Of a DNA stretch of 32,000 bases, positions 11,057 to 21,100 are shown one piece after another. A program made the position numbers and the translations under genes. Numbering within the stretch: the stretch's first letter is position 1; every line of letters starts with the position of its first letter. The DNA comes from Candidatus Saccharimonadota bacterium (GTDB taxonomy: Bacteria; Patescibacteriota; Gracilibacteria; BD1-5; UBA6164): NCBI GenBank assembly GCA_004563595.2, contig CP042461.1:300001-332000 (forward strand). The letters run 5' to 3'. The notes below the pieces were generated by a model. The model did no database searches. It saw only the letters and a list, made by a program, of their open reading frames with translations, and was not told the DNA's origin.

Positions 11057-11953
11057 ATGTTCCAATTTCTAGAAGTATATAAGTTTTTGTTATTCAGTAG
11101 TTTTTTGAATTCAAAAGAGAGATGATATGATGATTTATCGACTGTATGAATACTTGCTACAGGATGACCAGATTGAGGTTGAAGTTGAGCAAGAGTATTA
11201 ATAGAAAAAATATTAAATTGAGAATTTGCTGAAGTAAATAAACTTGTATTAATTACAAATTATACAAAAGGATGAGTTGCAAAAATATTTGAAAAGTATA
11301 AAGATCAACTACAAGAAATAGATGTAAACCTGGAACTAAAAATAGTTAAAAATTTTCCAAAGAGGTGAGAAAATGGTGAATTTACTCCAGAAGATGATCA
11401 ATGGATCAGAGATACATATCAAGAAATTTTAACAACATATGGTTTAGATTACCTCCATTGCTCTTGATGGATGAAACATATTTTATGATTAAGCCCAAGT
11501 ATATCTCAAAATATTCATCCAGGTCCAACTAAAGAACCATATGGTTGACTCGGAATGCATGGAGATAATGTTCATGAATTGGTTTGGGAAGACTATCAAA
11601 AATGAATCATTAATCAATCATGTGTAACGATGCACTTCGTTATTGAAGAACTTGATAGAGGACCAATTTCAGTACAAATACCCGTAAGTATTGCTAGTTG
11701 CAAATCAGCTGATGATGTTTGATCTGAAGTAAACAAAACAGAACATAAATATCAATATATAGTGTATAAAATGTTACTAGAAGGTAAGATTACATGGTCA
11801 TGAAATAAAGAAGACCCCGTTCAAATTGATAAGGATGAACTAGAGAAGTATGATTTCCCTGAGGGGACAGTATTTGGTGGAGAGGTAGAATTAAACAAGT
11901 GGGCTTGATTAGCAGAGGCTGAAATGAATGCGTGGTTAGATGGGGAAGAATAA
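11057..11953 (+). CDS. purN: Formyltransferase, PurN-like (GAR transformylase) with N- and C-terminal extensions
   Basis: Code-25 translation gives ...GSGARVLIEKILNG...LVLITN...SQNIHPGPTKEPYGGLGMHG...CVTMHFVIEELDRGPISVQ. This is the PurN N-x-H and D-x-GPI catalytic pattern. About 16 in-frame TGA = Gly codons. The first in-frame ATG is at 11057, so the start is uncertain. Confidence 0.7.
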
Positions 11954-11985
11954 AAAAAAGTGTAGGTAATCCTACACTTTTTTTT
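11954..11985 (+). terminator. Rho-independent terminator after purN
   Basis: gtgtagg-taat-cctacac hairpin followed by a T-run. Confidence 0.8.
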
Positions 11986-12058
11986 ACACACTTATTATTG
12001 ACTTATTAATAAATACTATTATAAATAGTATAGCTAATGAGGCTAAAAACAAAGGAGA

Positions 12059-13219
12059 GTGAAAATGGTTGATTTATACGAAGTAGCTGGTGTAGATGTA
12101 GAGGCAGGTGATACTGCTTCTTCAATTGCAGCAAAATTTTGTAAAGAAACGTATCAAAATTCACCGATTGCATCAGTTGTTGATATGACAAATGGTAATT
12201 TTCGTGGACCACGAGCAATTGATTTGGATGATAAATTTCGTATGAAACCTTATTATCTCTCATGTGCTCCTGATGGCATTGGTACCAAAGTGGTATTACA
12301 TGATGCTGCGAAAACCTATGGTGTTGCTGCATTCGACCTTATAGCAATGACAAGTTTTGATCTTGTTCGTTGGGGAGGGATGCCAGTATTTTTTACATCT
12401 GTATTAGATGTAAGTAAATTAGGGAAACCTGATTCTGATTCATTTAAAGCAACGGTTGCCTTATACTCCGGTGCAGCAAAGGCTGCTACTGAAGTGGATA
12501 TGGTTATTTTGAATGGTGAAACTGCTGAATTGGGTGCTCAAGTAGCTTCAGAAAATCCTGATGGAACTTTACAGTTTAACTGGGGTGGTTCTGCTCAAGG
12601 ATTATATCATCCTGATAAGATGATACTAGGAAAGACGCTGAAGCCTGGTCAAGTTATTATGTTGTTAAAAGAAAATGGATTTCGTAGTAATGGTATTTCA
12701 TTAGTACGATCAATTTTTGCTCATCAATATGGTAAAGACTGGTATACAAAACCAGATGCACAAAAATATATTCGTATGGCAGCAGAACCATCTGTTCTTT
12801 ATGATAAGTTTTTTTGTAGTATCAATGGTTGGTATGAAGATGATTCACAACGGATTAAAGTTCATTCATTGGTTCATCTCTCAGGAGGGAGTTTTGAATC
12901 AAAATTTGGGAAAGATATTCTTTACCCTCTTGGCTTATCGGCTGATATCTCTGATCCATGGGAATTACCTGAAATCATGCAAGAGTGCTCCGAATGGGGA
13001 ACTTCAGATGGAAAAATTGATGATTTAACATTATATAGAACCTGGAATGGAGGCCAGGGAGCATTAGCTGTTATTGATAAAATTGATGCAGAAAAATTTA
13101 TGGAAGAAGCGACAAGATTTGGCTTAGAAGCAAAAATAGGAGGGGTAATAACAAAAAATGATACTCCATCTGTTCGATTAAAATCGAGTTTAACAGGGGA
13201 TGATATCATTTTTGGATAA
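12059..13219 (+). CDS. purM: AIR synthase (PurM)-like protein
   Basis: Sequence: YEVAGVDVEAGD...CAPDGIGTKV...AFDLIAMTSFDLVRWGGMPVFF...ILNGETAELG...ENGFRSNGISLVR. The SD aaaggagag favours ATG 12065 over the track's GTG 12059. About 37 Gly codons, none TGA. Ends in TAA. Confidence 0.85.
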   Translation: MKMVDLYEVAGVDVEAGDTASSIAAKFCKETYQNSPIASVVDMTNGNFRGPRAIDLDDKFRMKPYYLSCAPDGIGTKVVLHDAAKTYGVAAFDLIAMTSFDLVRWGGMPVFFTSVLDVSKLGKPDSDSFKATVALYSGAAKAATEVDMVILNGETAELGAQVASENPDGTLQFNWGGSAQGLYHPDKMILGKTLKPGQVIMLLKENGFRSNGISLVRSIFAHQYGKDWYTKPDAQKYIRMAAEPSVLYDKFFCSINGWYEDDSQRIKVHSLVHLSGGSFESKFGKDILYPLGLSADISDPWELPEIMQECSEWGTSDGKIDDLTLYRTWNGGQGALAVIDKIDAEKFMEEATRFGLEAKIGGVITKNDTPSVRLKSSLTGDDIIFG

Positions 13220-13242
13220 TTTCACAATCAAGTGAATAGTTT

Positions 13243-13268
13243 GCAGGCACTAAAAGCCTGCTTTTTTT
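13243..13268. terminator. Terminator between the convergent purM and DUF2132 genes
   Basis: gcaggc-actaaaa-gcctgc hairpin followed by a T-run. Confidence 0.75.
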
Positions 13269-13275
13269 ATGGGTA

Positions 13276-13512
13276 TTATTTTCTCTTTCTCTCAAGCATT
13301 GTTCTTACATATAATCATTGAACTTGAGTACGTGCCCATTCTGTTTTTCTGAGAAATTTAAGACTTGATTGTTTACTCGGGTTACTGGCAAAGCAATTCA
13401 CTCTTACTAACTCACTGAGTTTTTCAAACCCGTATTCTTCGACAAGTACATCTAGAATGGTAGCAAGAGTAACTCCATGCAACAATGCATGATCTTTATT
13501 CGTTTGGTTCAT
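13276..13512 (-). CDS. VF530/DUF2132-family small DNA-binding protein
   Basis: Sequence: [55 protein letters not shown]. The track ORF stops at TGA 13315-13317. Code 25 continues with [13 protein letters not shown] to TAA at 13276-13278. Confidence 0.65.
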
Positions 13513-13624
13513 AAGTTTATGATTATGTATATTAATGTTTTTTATGTTTATATATTATTTAAATAATATTAATTATCAATAGTATATTGCCTTCTATATA
13601 TAAAATAGACAATAAATTATATAT

Positions 13625-14050
13625 GTGCTATTATATATTTACTTATCTACTTCTGAGGATGGTCTTATGTCTATTTACGATAGTGAATATATTTTAAATT
13701 TATTTGATCTTATTATTACAAGAATAGGAGAGAATGTAAAAGAGCCAGAAAAATGTTGGTTTAAAGCTTCTTGTGGGGGTGAGCCAATAGCTTATACTAA
13801 ACTTAAAAGTTTATCTGATAAGAATAAAAAAACTTTTGTTTGGAGTATGGTTCTGATTCATGGTTTTATTGGTAAAACATTACTCCATGGTTTAGAATAT
13901 AAACGTCAAGGTGGAAAAAATAATTTACATTTTGACATGGACTTAGCCTTTGAAACAGATAAGGATAAAAAGGAATATATAGAGTTTCGTGAATTTGTGA
14001 TAAGTGCAGACTCTTCTGTAGAAATGCTTGATGCAGTTCTTGAAGACTAA
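13625..14050 (+). CDS. TGA-free hypothetical protein (127-141 aa)
   Basis: Uninterrupted ORF. The likely start is ATG 13667 (MSIYDSEY...). Gly codons are all GGN, W is TGG, the stop is TAA, and it has its own terminator. Confidence 0.55.
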   Translation: MLLYIYLSTSEDGLMSIYDSEYILNLFDLIITRIGENVKEPEKCWFKASCGGEPIAYTKLKSLSDKNKKTFVWSMVLIHGFIGKTLLHGLEYKRQGGKNNLHFDMDLAFETDKDKKEYIEFREFVISADSSVEMLDAVLED

Positions 14051-14067
14051 TCATAATGAAACTTTAT

Positions 14068-14098
14068 AAAAAGCGCTAGAAATAGCGCCTTTTATTTT
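14068..14098 (+). terminator. Rho-independent terminator
   Basis: gcgcta-gaaa-tagcgc hairpin followed by a T-rich tail. Confidence 0.7.
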
Positions 14099-14182
14099 GC
14101 GTTACTTATGGATAAAGCTGAGTACTGTAGTGAATATATATTAGAACGTTAATGATGATTATTAAAGAATAAGATAATCCAT

Positions 14183-14210
14183 TTGACAATTATTTATAGG
14201 TCGATATAGT
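14183..14210 (+). promoter_or_regulatory. Sigma70-type promoter for the HD hydrolase gene
   Basis: TTGACA (14183-14188), 16-nt spacer, TATAGT (14205-14210). Confidence 0.5.
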
Positions 14211-14253
14211 TTAGTTATATGTTAACACCATTATTTCTTTATACTATAAAGTT

Positions 14254-15069
14254 ATGTCAAAATGATATTCAATCGATCAAGTATTAGAGGTATATGAAAA
14301 TTTGGAAGAAAAGAAATGATTAGAAAAAATGATAGAACTCCTTATTAAAAATGTTTTTTGATGAGAAAATATAGAAAAAAATCAAATATTTAAAAAAGCA
14401 GTTCGTGATATAAGTACAGCTTATCCTATGATGAAGGAAAAATTTGAAGAAGTATTAAGAACTGATGGAGAAAGGTATTTTGAGCATTTGAGAGCGGTGG
14501 CAAATATTATATTAGAAAATATTTCAAATCCATCAATAGATAAAGTTCTTATTGCATTATTACATGATGCAATTGAAGATACAAAAATCGACTTTCATAC
14601 TTTATATATAATTTTTTGACCAAAAATTGCAATAGCTGTTCAAGCTTTAAGTAAAAAACCATGGGAGGATTACCGTATTAATACAGAAGTTACAAGAAAA
14701 GCATGTAAAATAAAAAGCAATGAAGAATACTTTGGGCATTTGAAGTCTTATGAGAGTATGAGAGAGCATGTGTTAAGTATAGCCGAAGAAAATACTATTA
14801 CTCTAAACTCATTGGAAATAGACGAGATAACTATGAATATATTTGATGTAAAATTTGCAGATAGGATTCATAACTTATCTACACAATGGGATCCTAATAA
14901 TATAGAAAAGGTAAAAAGAAAAATTGAAGAAACTCAATTTTATTTCCTTGATATAGCAAAAGAATTAAATATTGATGTATATAATCAGTTGAAATCTCTT
15001 ATTTTACAGTTAGAAATAAAAATAGCAAAAGTATCTAATGATGTAACTACAATAATCAATGAAGAATAA
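14254..15069 (+). CDS. HD-domain (p)ppGpp pyrophosphohydrolase (SpoT/Mesh1-like small alarmone hydrolase)
   Basis: Sequence: GERYFEHLRAVANIIL...ALLHDAIEDT...FGPKIAIAVQALSK...KFADRIHNLST. This is the H..HD..D pattern of the RelA/SpoT hydrolase domain. No synthetase domain. The frame continues through TGA codons. Confidence 0.8.
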
Positions 15070-15532
15070 ATCGTATCTTGATGAGAAGCAAGAAGAGCTA
15101 TGAGAATATAATAGACTCCTTCAAATGAGGGAAAATATATTAGAACAATGAAGAAGTTGATATATTTCTGAAGAGGCATTCCAGCAGGCATGGAATCAAC
15201 TAGAGGATGAAATTCAAAATTATTTGATAAAGAAGAATGTATATAAACCTGAAATAAATATAGGTATGTTACTTTGTATGGTTATACAAAAAGTATCTAT
15301 CGAAATTAATGATATATTAAATGGATGAGGCTCTGGTTCTTGAGGGAGGAAATGACATGCTCACAGATATGAAACAGACAATGAGCAATTTTATAAAAAT
15401 GAGGCAGAGGATATAGCAAGAAGTGAGGAGTTAGAATGTAAGAAAAAACAGGCAAGAGAAGAAATGAAAAGATTTAGAAAACAAGAGGAAGAATATTCTA
15501 GATTTCATCAAAAGAATGGCCACCGTATGTAA
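15059..15532 (+). CDS. Hypothetical coiled-coil protein (157 aa), overlapping the upstream gene by 11 nt
   Basis: ATG 15059 lies inside the last codons of the HD gene. Contains a central GGGSGSGG linker, partly TGA-encoded. The C-terminus is charged. Confidence 0.5.
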
Positions 15533-15593
15533 AATAAGTGTAACTAAAAAAATGGGGGTTTTGATTGATATAATTGAATACCTCGTTTTAATT

Positions 15594-15623
15594 AAAAAGT
15601 CCTCGTTAAGAGGGCTTTTTTTT
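15594..15623 (+). terminator. Rho-independent terminator
   Basis: gtcctc-gttaa-gagggc hairpin followed by a T-run. Confidence 0.65.
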
Positions 15624-15713
15624 GACTTTATTTTATATATAGTTTGAATAAAATTTTTATGAGGTATAATTAAAATAGACATAAAAGAATATATTTTTTC
15701 ATCATATACATAC

Positions 15714-17012
15714 ATGTTATTTTCAGATTTAGATATTATCAAACCTATTTTAAATGCTCTTGATAAACAAGGATATAAAAATCCTACTCCTATTCAAGAA
15801 AGAGCTATTCCTCATATCCTTGATGGAAAAGATGTACTTGGTTCTGCTCAAACTGGGACAGGGAAGACAGCAGCGTTTGCTATTCCAATATTACAACTCT
15901 TATCAAGAGAAAAAGAAATTTCAAATTTTTCAGGTGCTATTAAGTGTCTTATCCTGACACCGACTCGTGAGTTAGCAATTCAGATAGAGGAAAATATAAA
16001 AGAGTACTGAGCTCAGTTATGACTTCGTCATTCCGTTATTTTTGGTGGAGTAAGTCAAGGTTCACAAGTCAGAAAACTAAAAGCAGGAGTTGATATCCTG
16101 GTAGCCACTCCATGAAGATTATTAGACCTCATGAATCAATGATATGTTGATTTAAAAAAAGTTGAAATATTCACACTCGATGAAGCAGATAGAATGCTGA
16201 ATATGGGGTTTATAAATGATGTAAAAAAGGTCCTTGCAAAATTACCAACTAAAAGACAAACACTGTTCTTTTCAGCAACCATGCCAAAAGAAATAGCTTG
16301 ACTTGCAGATTCTATTTTAAATCATCCTGTAAAAATTGAAGTCACTCCTGTTTCTTCTACGGCTGATACAGTCAAACAAGTAGTATTTTTTGTTACTAAA
16401 TGAAGCAAAAAACTTCTTTTAATAGATATTTTGGAATATAAAGGGATAAAATCACTCCTTGTTTTTACCCGTACGAAACATGGGGCTGATAATGTAGTGA
16501 AAGATCTTGTAAAATCAGGGGTAACAGCTGAAGCTATCCATGGAAATAAATCACAAAATGCCCGTCAAAGAGCACTCAAAAACTTCAAAGGATGAGTAAC
16601 AAGAGTTCTCGTTGCCACTGATATAGCAGCCAGAGGGATTGATATCGATGACCTCACATTTATGGTCAATTATGACTTATCAAATGAACCAGAAACATAT
16701 GTACATCGTATTGGTCGTACTTGAAGAGCTTGAAAAAATTGAGTTGCCTACTCTTTTTGTTGCCAAGAGGAAGTAGAATATCTCTTGGATATTCAAAAAA
16801 TGCTATGAAAAAAAATACCAGTGAATGAAAAACATCCATATGCAATAACAGTTGATGAAAGCATTAAGGCTCCAAAAAGACAACAATGAGGAAGAGGGAG
16901 ATGAGGACGCTGAGGCTGAAACTCTTCAAGACATTGAAATAGTTCAAAGTGAAAAAGACCAGCTGTGGCGAAAAGGAAAAATAATGTAAAAAGGAATAGA
17001 AATAAAATATAG
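15714..17012 (+). CDS. DEAD-box ATP-dependent RNA helicase
   Basis: Motifs present: Q motif, [23 protein letters not shown] (the G is TGA at 16113-16115), DEAD, SAT and HRIGRTGR. The tail is RG-rich (GGRGRGGRGGG), largely TGA-encoded. Confidence 0.95.
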
Positions 17013-17018
17013 TTTAAT

Positions 17019-17053
17019 AAAAAAGCTGCCTAATCAATAGGGAGCTTTTTTTT
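17019..17053 (+). terminator. Rho-independent terminator
   Basis: agctgcc...gggagct hairpin with one mismatch, followed by a T-run. Confidence 0.6.
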
Positions 17054-17262
17054 GTAATTTATTTTGGTACTTCTCAGTATGATATTAGAGCTTTTAGTGA
17101 GTATATAAGTGACATTAATTTGAATAATTTTATATTGGTATATAATAAAATTATATAGTTGAGAATTTATTATCATGTTAATTTTTGAATTTGAAAAATA
17201 AGATTGAAGGTTGATTGCATTGAGGTTGAGAGGATTCTCAAATCTATGTTATCCATCCTAAT

Positions 17263-17814
17263 GTGAATCATTATTTGAGCTATGTGCTCGATAGTAAAGA
17301 AGTACGTAAAAAGCTTGGGAATGATACGATGTTTCATTTTGATCAGTCGCCACTGGTGTATGCTGAAATTTGGAAACCCATAGAGATTAGCTTTGCTAAA
17401 TTATCTGGTGTTAAGAAAGGTGATATCCCGGATTTGATGATTCGTAATGGCCGTTTGTTCTTGAATGAAAAAGCATATGAATGTTTGCGTGAAACTTTGG
17501 AAGCTCATGGAGAATTTTTACCTGTTACATTTGGTAGTGAAGCTGGTTATCTTTTCAATATTTTGAGGTTGGCCGATGATATTGGGGGGCTCAATCAAAA
17601 ACTCAGTACTAGAGATGAACATGATGATTTACAATCATTGGTCTTCCATGAAGAGAAAATGATAAAAATATTGGTTTTTCGCACCTCTTTTGATGATTAT
17701 ATGGGTGTGTATTGCAATGGTGCCTTTAAGCAAGCCGTGGAAAATGCTGGATTGAAAGGACTTGTTTTTAGTCTGGATTTGTGAAATATCTTTCCGACAG
17801 ATTCTTCTGTGTAA
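17263..17814 (+). CDS. TGA-free Imm11/DUF1629-like putative immunity protein
   Basis: 173-aa ORF from GTG 17263 (alternative ATG at codon 23) with no internal TGA. The layout ..PD...L.L.EKAYECL...GEFLPV...YLFNIL...VFR... recalls DUF1629/Imm11. The standard-code stop is TGA 17782-17784. Code 25 reads on as G-NIFPTDSSV to TAA at 17812-17814. Confidence 0.55.
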
Positions 17815-17832
17815 AAGCTAGTAAAAAATTAA

Positions 17833-17863
17833 TAAAAAAAACCTAATAAATAGGTTTTTTTTT
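17833..17863 (+). terminator. Rho-independent terminator
   Basis: aaaaaaaaccta-ataaa-taggttttttttt hairpin. Confidence 0.7.
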
Positions 17864-17878
17864 ATTTTTGTAAAAAAA

Positions 17879-17908
17879 TGGTACTCCTGAGGGGTTGAAT
17901 ACTCGAAC
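17879..17908 (-). other. Degenerate tRNA 3'-end-like remnant (possible distal att site)
   Basis: The reverse complement is GTTCGAGTATTCAACCCCTCAGGAGTACCA, which has a T-loop-like GTTCGAG and a terminal ..GTACCA. It begins TGGTAC on the plus strand, like the tRNA-Arg at 24996. It is a GC-rich patch in AT-rich spacer. Confidence 0.3.
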
Positions 17909-18079
17909 TTTTATAGGTTATTGGAGGAGATTGATTTGGACAATTTGAAAGAATTTTTGCAAGATATTCGTAAAGTAATCAGATAATTTCTATTTATCTA
18001 ATAATGATAATTTTGTTAATAGTCAATTAGGAATTAAAAAAACTTTAAAAAATTAATACTATGTTAATGTCTCATCATT

Positions 18080-18118
18080 ATAGTTAGTAGGTTATAACTT
18101 TATACACCTACTAACTAT
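18080..18118 (+). promoter_or_regulatory. 13-bp perfect inverted repeat overlapping the start codon of the 1116-aa gene
   Basis: atagttagtaggt (18080-18092), 13-nt loop, acctactaactat (18106-18118). The ATG is at 18117-18119. Confidence 0.6.
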
Positions 18119-21100
18119 GAACTTTCAACAACTTTTAGAAAATATTGAAACATCTCCAGAAATTTTAGAATACTTAAAATATGAAGATTCAACACAAGTG
18201 TTGGATGATATTTTGGAAAACTATAACGATGAACAAGACTATAATTTTCTTTTTCAAATATTTCACACATATATAGGGAATAATTTTCCTTATATTAGGA
18301 ATATATGATTTATTTTTGAAAAACTTATTGAAGAGTGAAAAGTAGAAAACACTCAAGAATTAGAGGAGTTTTTAATTGAAAAACTAACTCATTATGCTGA
18401 TAAGTTAAGAGAATGAGATAGGGATATTCTAAGTAAACTCCTTGTTAGTTTTACAACTCGTACAGAAGAAATGAAAGTTATATATAATAACCTAGAAAAA
18501 AAAGGGTTTTTAAGTGTCTCATCAGTATGATTTTTTACTAAATATTTTGCGAAAGAAGAAAAATGAGACTTTTTCATCAGGTCTTTTTTATATGATGAAA
18601 AAACATGGTTTAGAGGAGTGTTTATCTCTGGAAAAAATGAGGAATATCCTTTAAAAGGTATACAGAAAAGTATTCTTGATTTAGAACAAAAGCAATTTGC
18701 TCACTTTTTAACGGAAATTTCTAAAAAAGAAAATATAGCTTCATGGATTCGTAATGATAATGATTTTACAGATAATATTATAGCTACGGCAAAGTGATAT
18801 AAATTATTTTCGGAGTTATATATATTACTTACGAATATGTTAATGTATTCTAGAAATTATGAATACTCAGAAACTGATGCATATACAACCAAATTAAGAA
18901 CTATATTTGATATATGTAAGAATCAGAAACCAGTCCATTTTTATATTAGATTTTTTAAAGATATAAACTATTGAAAAGAAGGGTTCTATTATTTTAGATT
19001 GTTTGATGATTTTATAGGTCAAACACTACAAACAGAAGAAGACGTAAAGGATTTATTAAGTATGCCTGATTTACAAGAAAATAACTATATTTTAGGATAT
19101 AGGATATTTCAGTTTGTAAAACACTCGGATAGAAAAAATATAATTGAGTTTTTTCAAAAACAAATAGGGAAAGAAATTACTTTACATAGTGAAAATCAAA
19201 AAAAATATCTGGAAAATCAAAAAAAAATCCAAACAGAACAAGATAAGGAAATTAAGGAAGAAATTCAACAAGAATTAATAGTGGCTAAAGATACTGATAG
19301 AAAAATATCTTTTAAATTATTAGAATTTTATATTGGACAAAGTGATTTGTTTGAGGAAGAAAATATCGAGCAAATTATTACTGAACAAGTGAAAAGATAT
19401 TTTGAGTTTAAAAATTTAGATCCAACAAGAAAAGAAGCATTAGAGTCATTTAAAAAAACTGATACATGACATAGCTCTTATCAATTTCTTATTGATTCTT
19501 CTTTAGAAACTATACTAAAAACTGCAGAAAAACTTGGTATAGATTTATCAGAATACACAAGTAAAATAGTATGATTTATTCCCTTTAAGTATGATGGGGA
19601 GGATTTAAAGAAAATCCTTGATCTGGTTGCAGTTAATATTTCTTCAAAGGATATTGATCATATACTTTATGTATACAATACTTACCCTGACATTAATAGA
19701 TATCATATTTTTAATCTTATTTATTTTTACAAAAGAGTAAAAGATATAGTATCAGAAAATTGAGAGCAAAGAGCAGGATTTATCGGATTATTCAAAGAAC
19801 TATTAGAAGATGACTCAGTTTTTGTTTCCGATAAATTAGAAACATTAGTGGAATTGGAAGAATTATGAGTTGAAAAAAGTATTTACCAAGGTGTATTTGA
19901 TAAATATGATGCTGTATTTCCTGGTTTTAATTATTACAAGGACTACTTAGATAGTACTGGTAAATATGATTTCCAATTAGTTTTTAAGTCAAATGAACTA
20001 CTCATAAAACAAGGATATGTAGACGCTATTCAATGGAGAATTGATCAAGTAAGAAATTGATTTATCTCTTGTCCTGAAAAAAAGTGATGGTGATCTATTA
20101 CAAATTTACAATCAGAAATACATTTTGGTAGAGAGTTTATTCAAATATTTTCCGATTTTAAAACGGAACAATGTATACCAGAGATACTTGAATTATTAGA
20201 ATTTACATTTGAAAATTATAAGAAGTATCCAGAGTTTAGTAGATATATATGGGAAGGGATAAAAAAGTATTTAGACTGACTGCAAGGAGTATCTGAAATA
20301 ACTATTTTGATAGAGGGGATATGAGAATTATTGTTTAAAACTGAAAGTAGTGAAATTTCTGTTTATTTTAAAAGGTATATTGATGAGATAGATAATGGCA
20401 ATTTTATTGTTAATATAGATAATAGTATTCATGCCCACGAATACATTGAATTAAAGGAAAATATTTCAAAAGTTATTAAACAAAAAAATAAAATAGAAAG
20501 AATAATGGGTGATTTTGAAGAAAAAAATCACCGTAAGGATGAAGAAATTAAAGAGCTAAGAGAAAGATTAAATGAGATGGATAACAGTTACAGAAAATTA
20601 TCAACTGAAAATGAGTATAAAAATAAGAAAATAAAAGAATTATGAGGAAAGGATATAGTGATATTAACCGAATGAAAAACTGATTGGAAGCATTTAATGA
20701 GGGCTTGGAAAGAATTAAGTAATATGTGATTATTAAAAAGTAATAGTATAGCATATGACTTTGAAAACTATGTTAAAAAATATGAAGATATAAATAATCT
20801 TATATGATGAACCGATTCCATAGATGGCTTTGTGAAAAGTTTTGCTGAATTATTTCCTGAAACATTAATTATAGTTATATTTGATACCGATTCATTTGGT
20901 CAAGGTAAAGAATTAAGGCAATTAAGAGTAAACTATAAAGAGAAGAAAAAAAGGAAGAAATTTAAACAATATGATTACTATAATTTTAAAAAAGAGGATG
21001 AAATTTTAGGTATTGAAAATACATATAAAAACTTATATTTATTTTTTCTACCAGTACCTCAATTTAGAAAAAAAAGCACTTTTTATAATAAAGAAATATG

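Noticed and set aside
7107-17814. Assembly chimera or contamination as the source of the TGA-free genes
   Set aside because: The TGA-free genes are interleaved one by one with TGA-rich genes (purL-purN-purM, DUF2132, HD hydrolase, helicase). The intergenic regions are AT-rich host-style promoters and terminators. This still deserves read-level confirmation.
17866-17990. Small ORF or peptide (..LEEIDLDNLKEFLQDIRKVIR*) upstream of the large gene
   Set aside because: There is no plausible start codon in that frame and the other frames are interrupted by stops. It may be a gene remnant and is not called.
18117-20640. STAND/AAA ATPase domain in the N-terminal 830 aa of the large protein
   Set aside because: No GxxxxGK[ST] Walker A or hhhhDE Walker B pattern was found on manual inspection.
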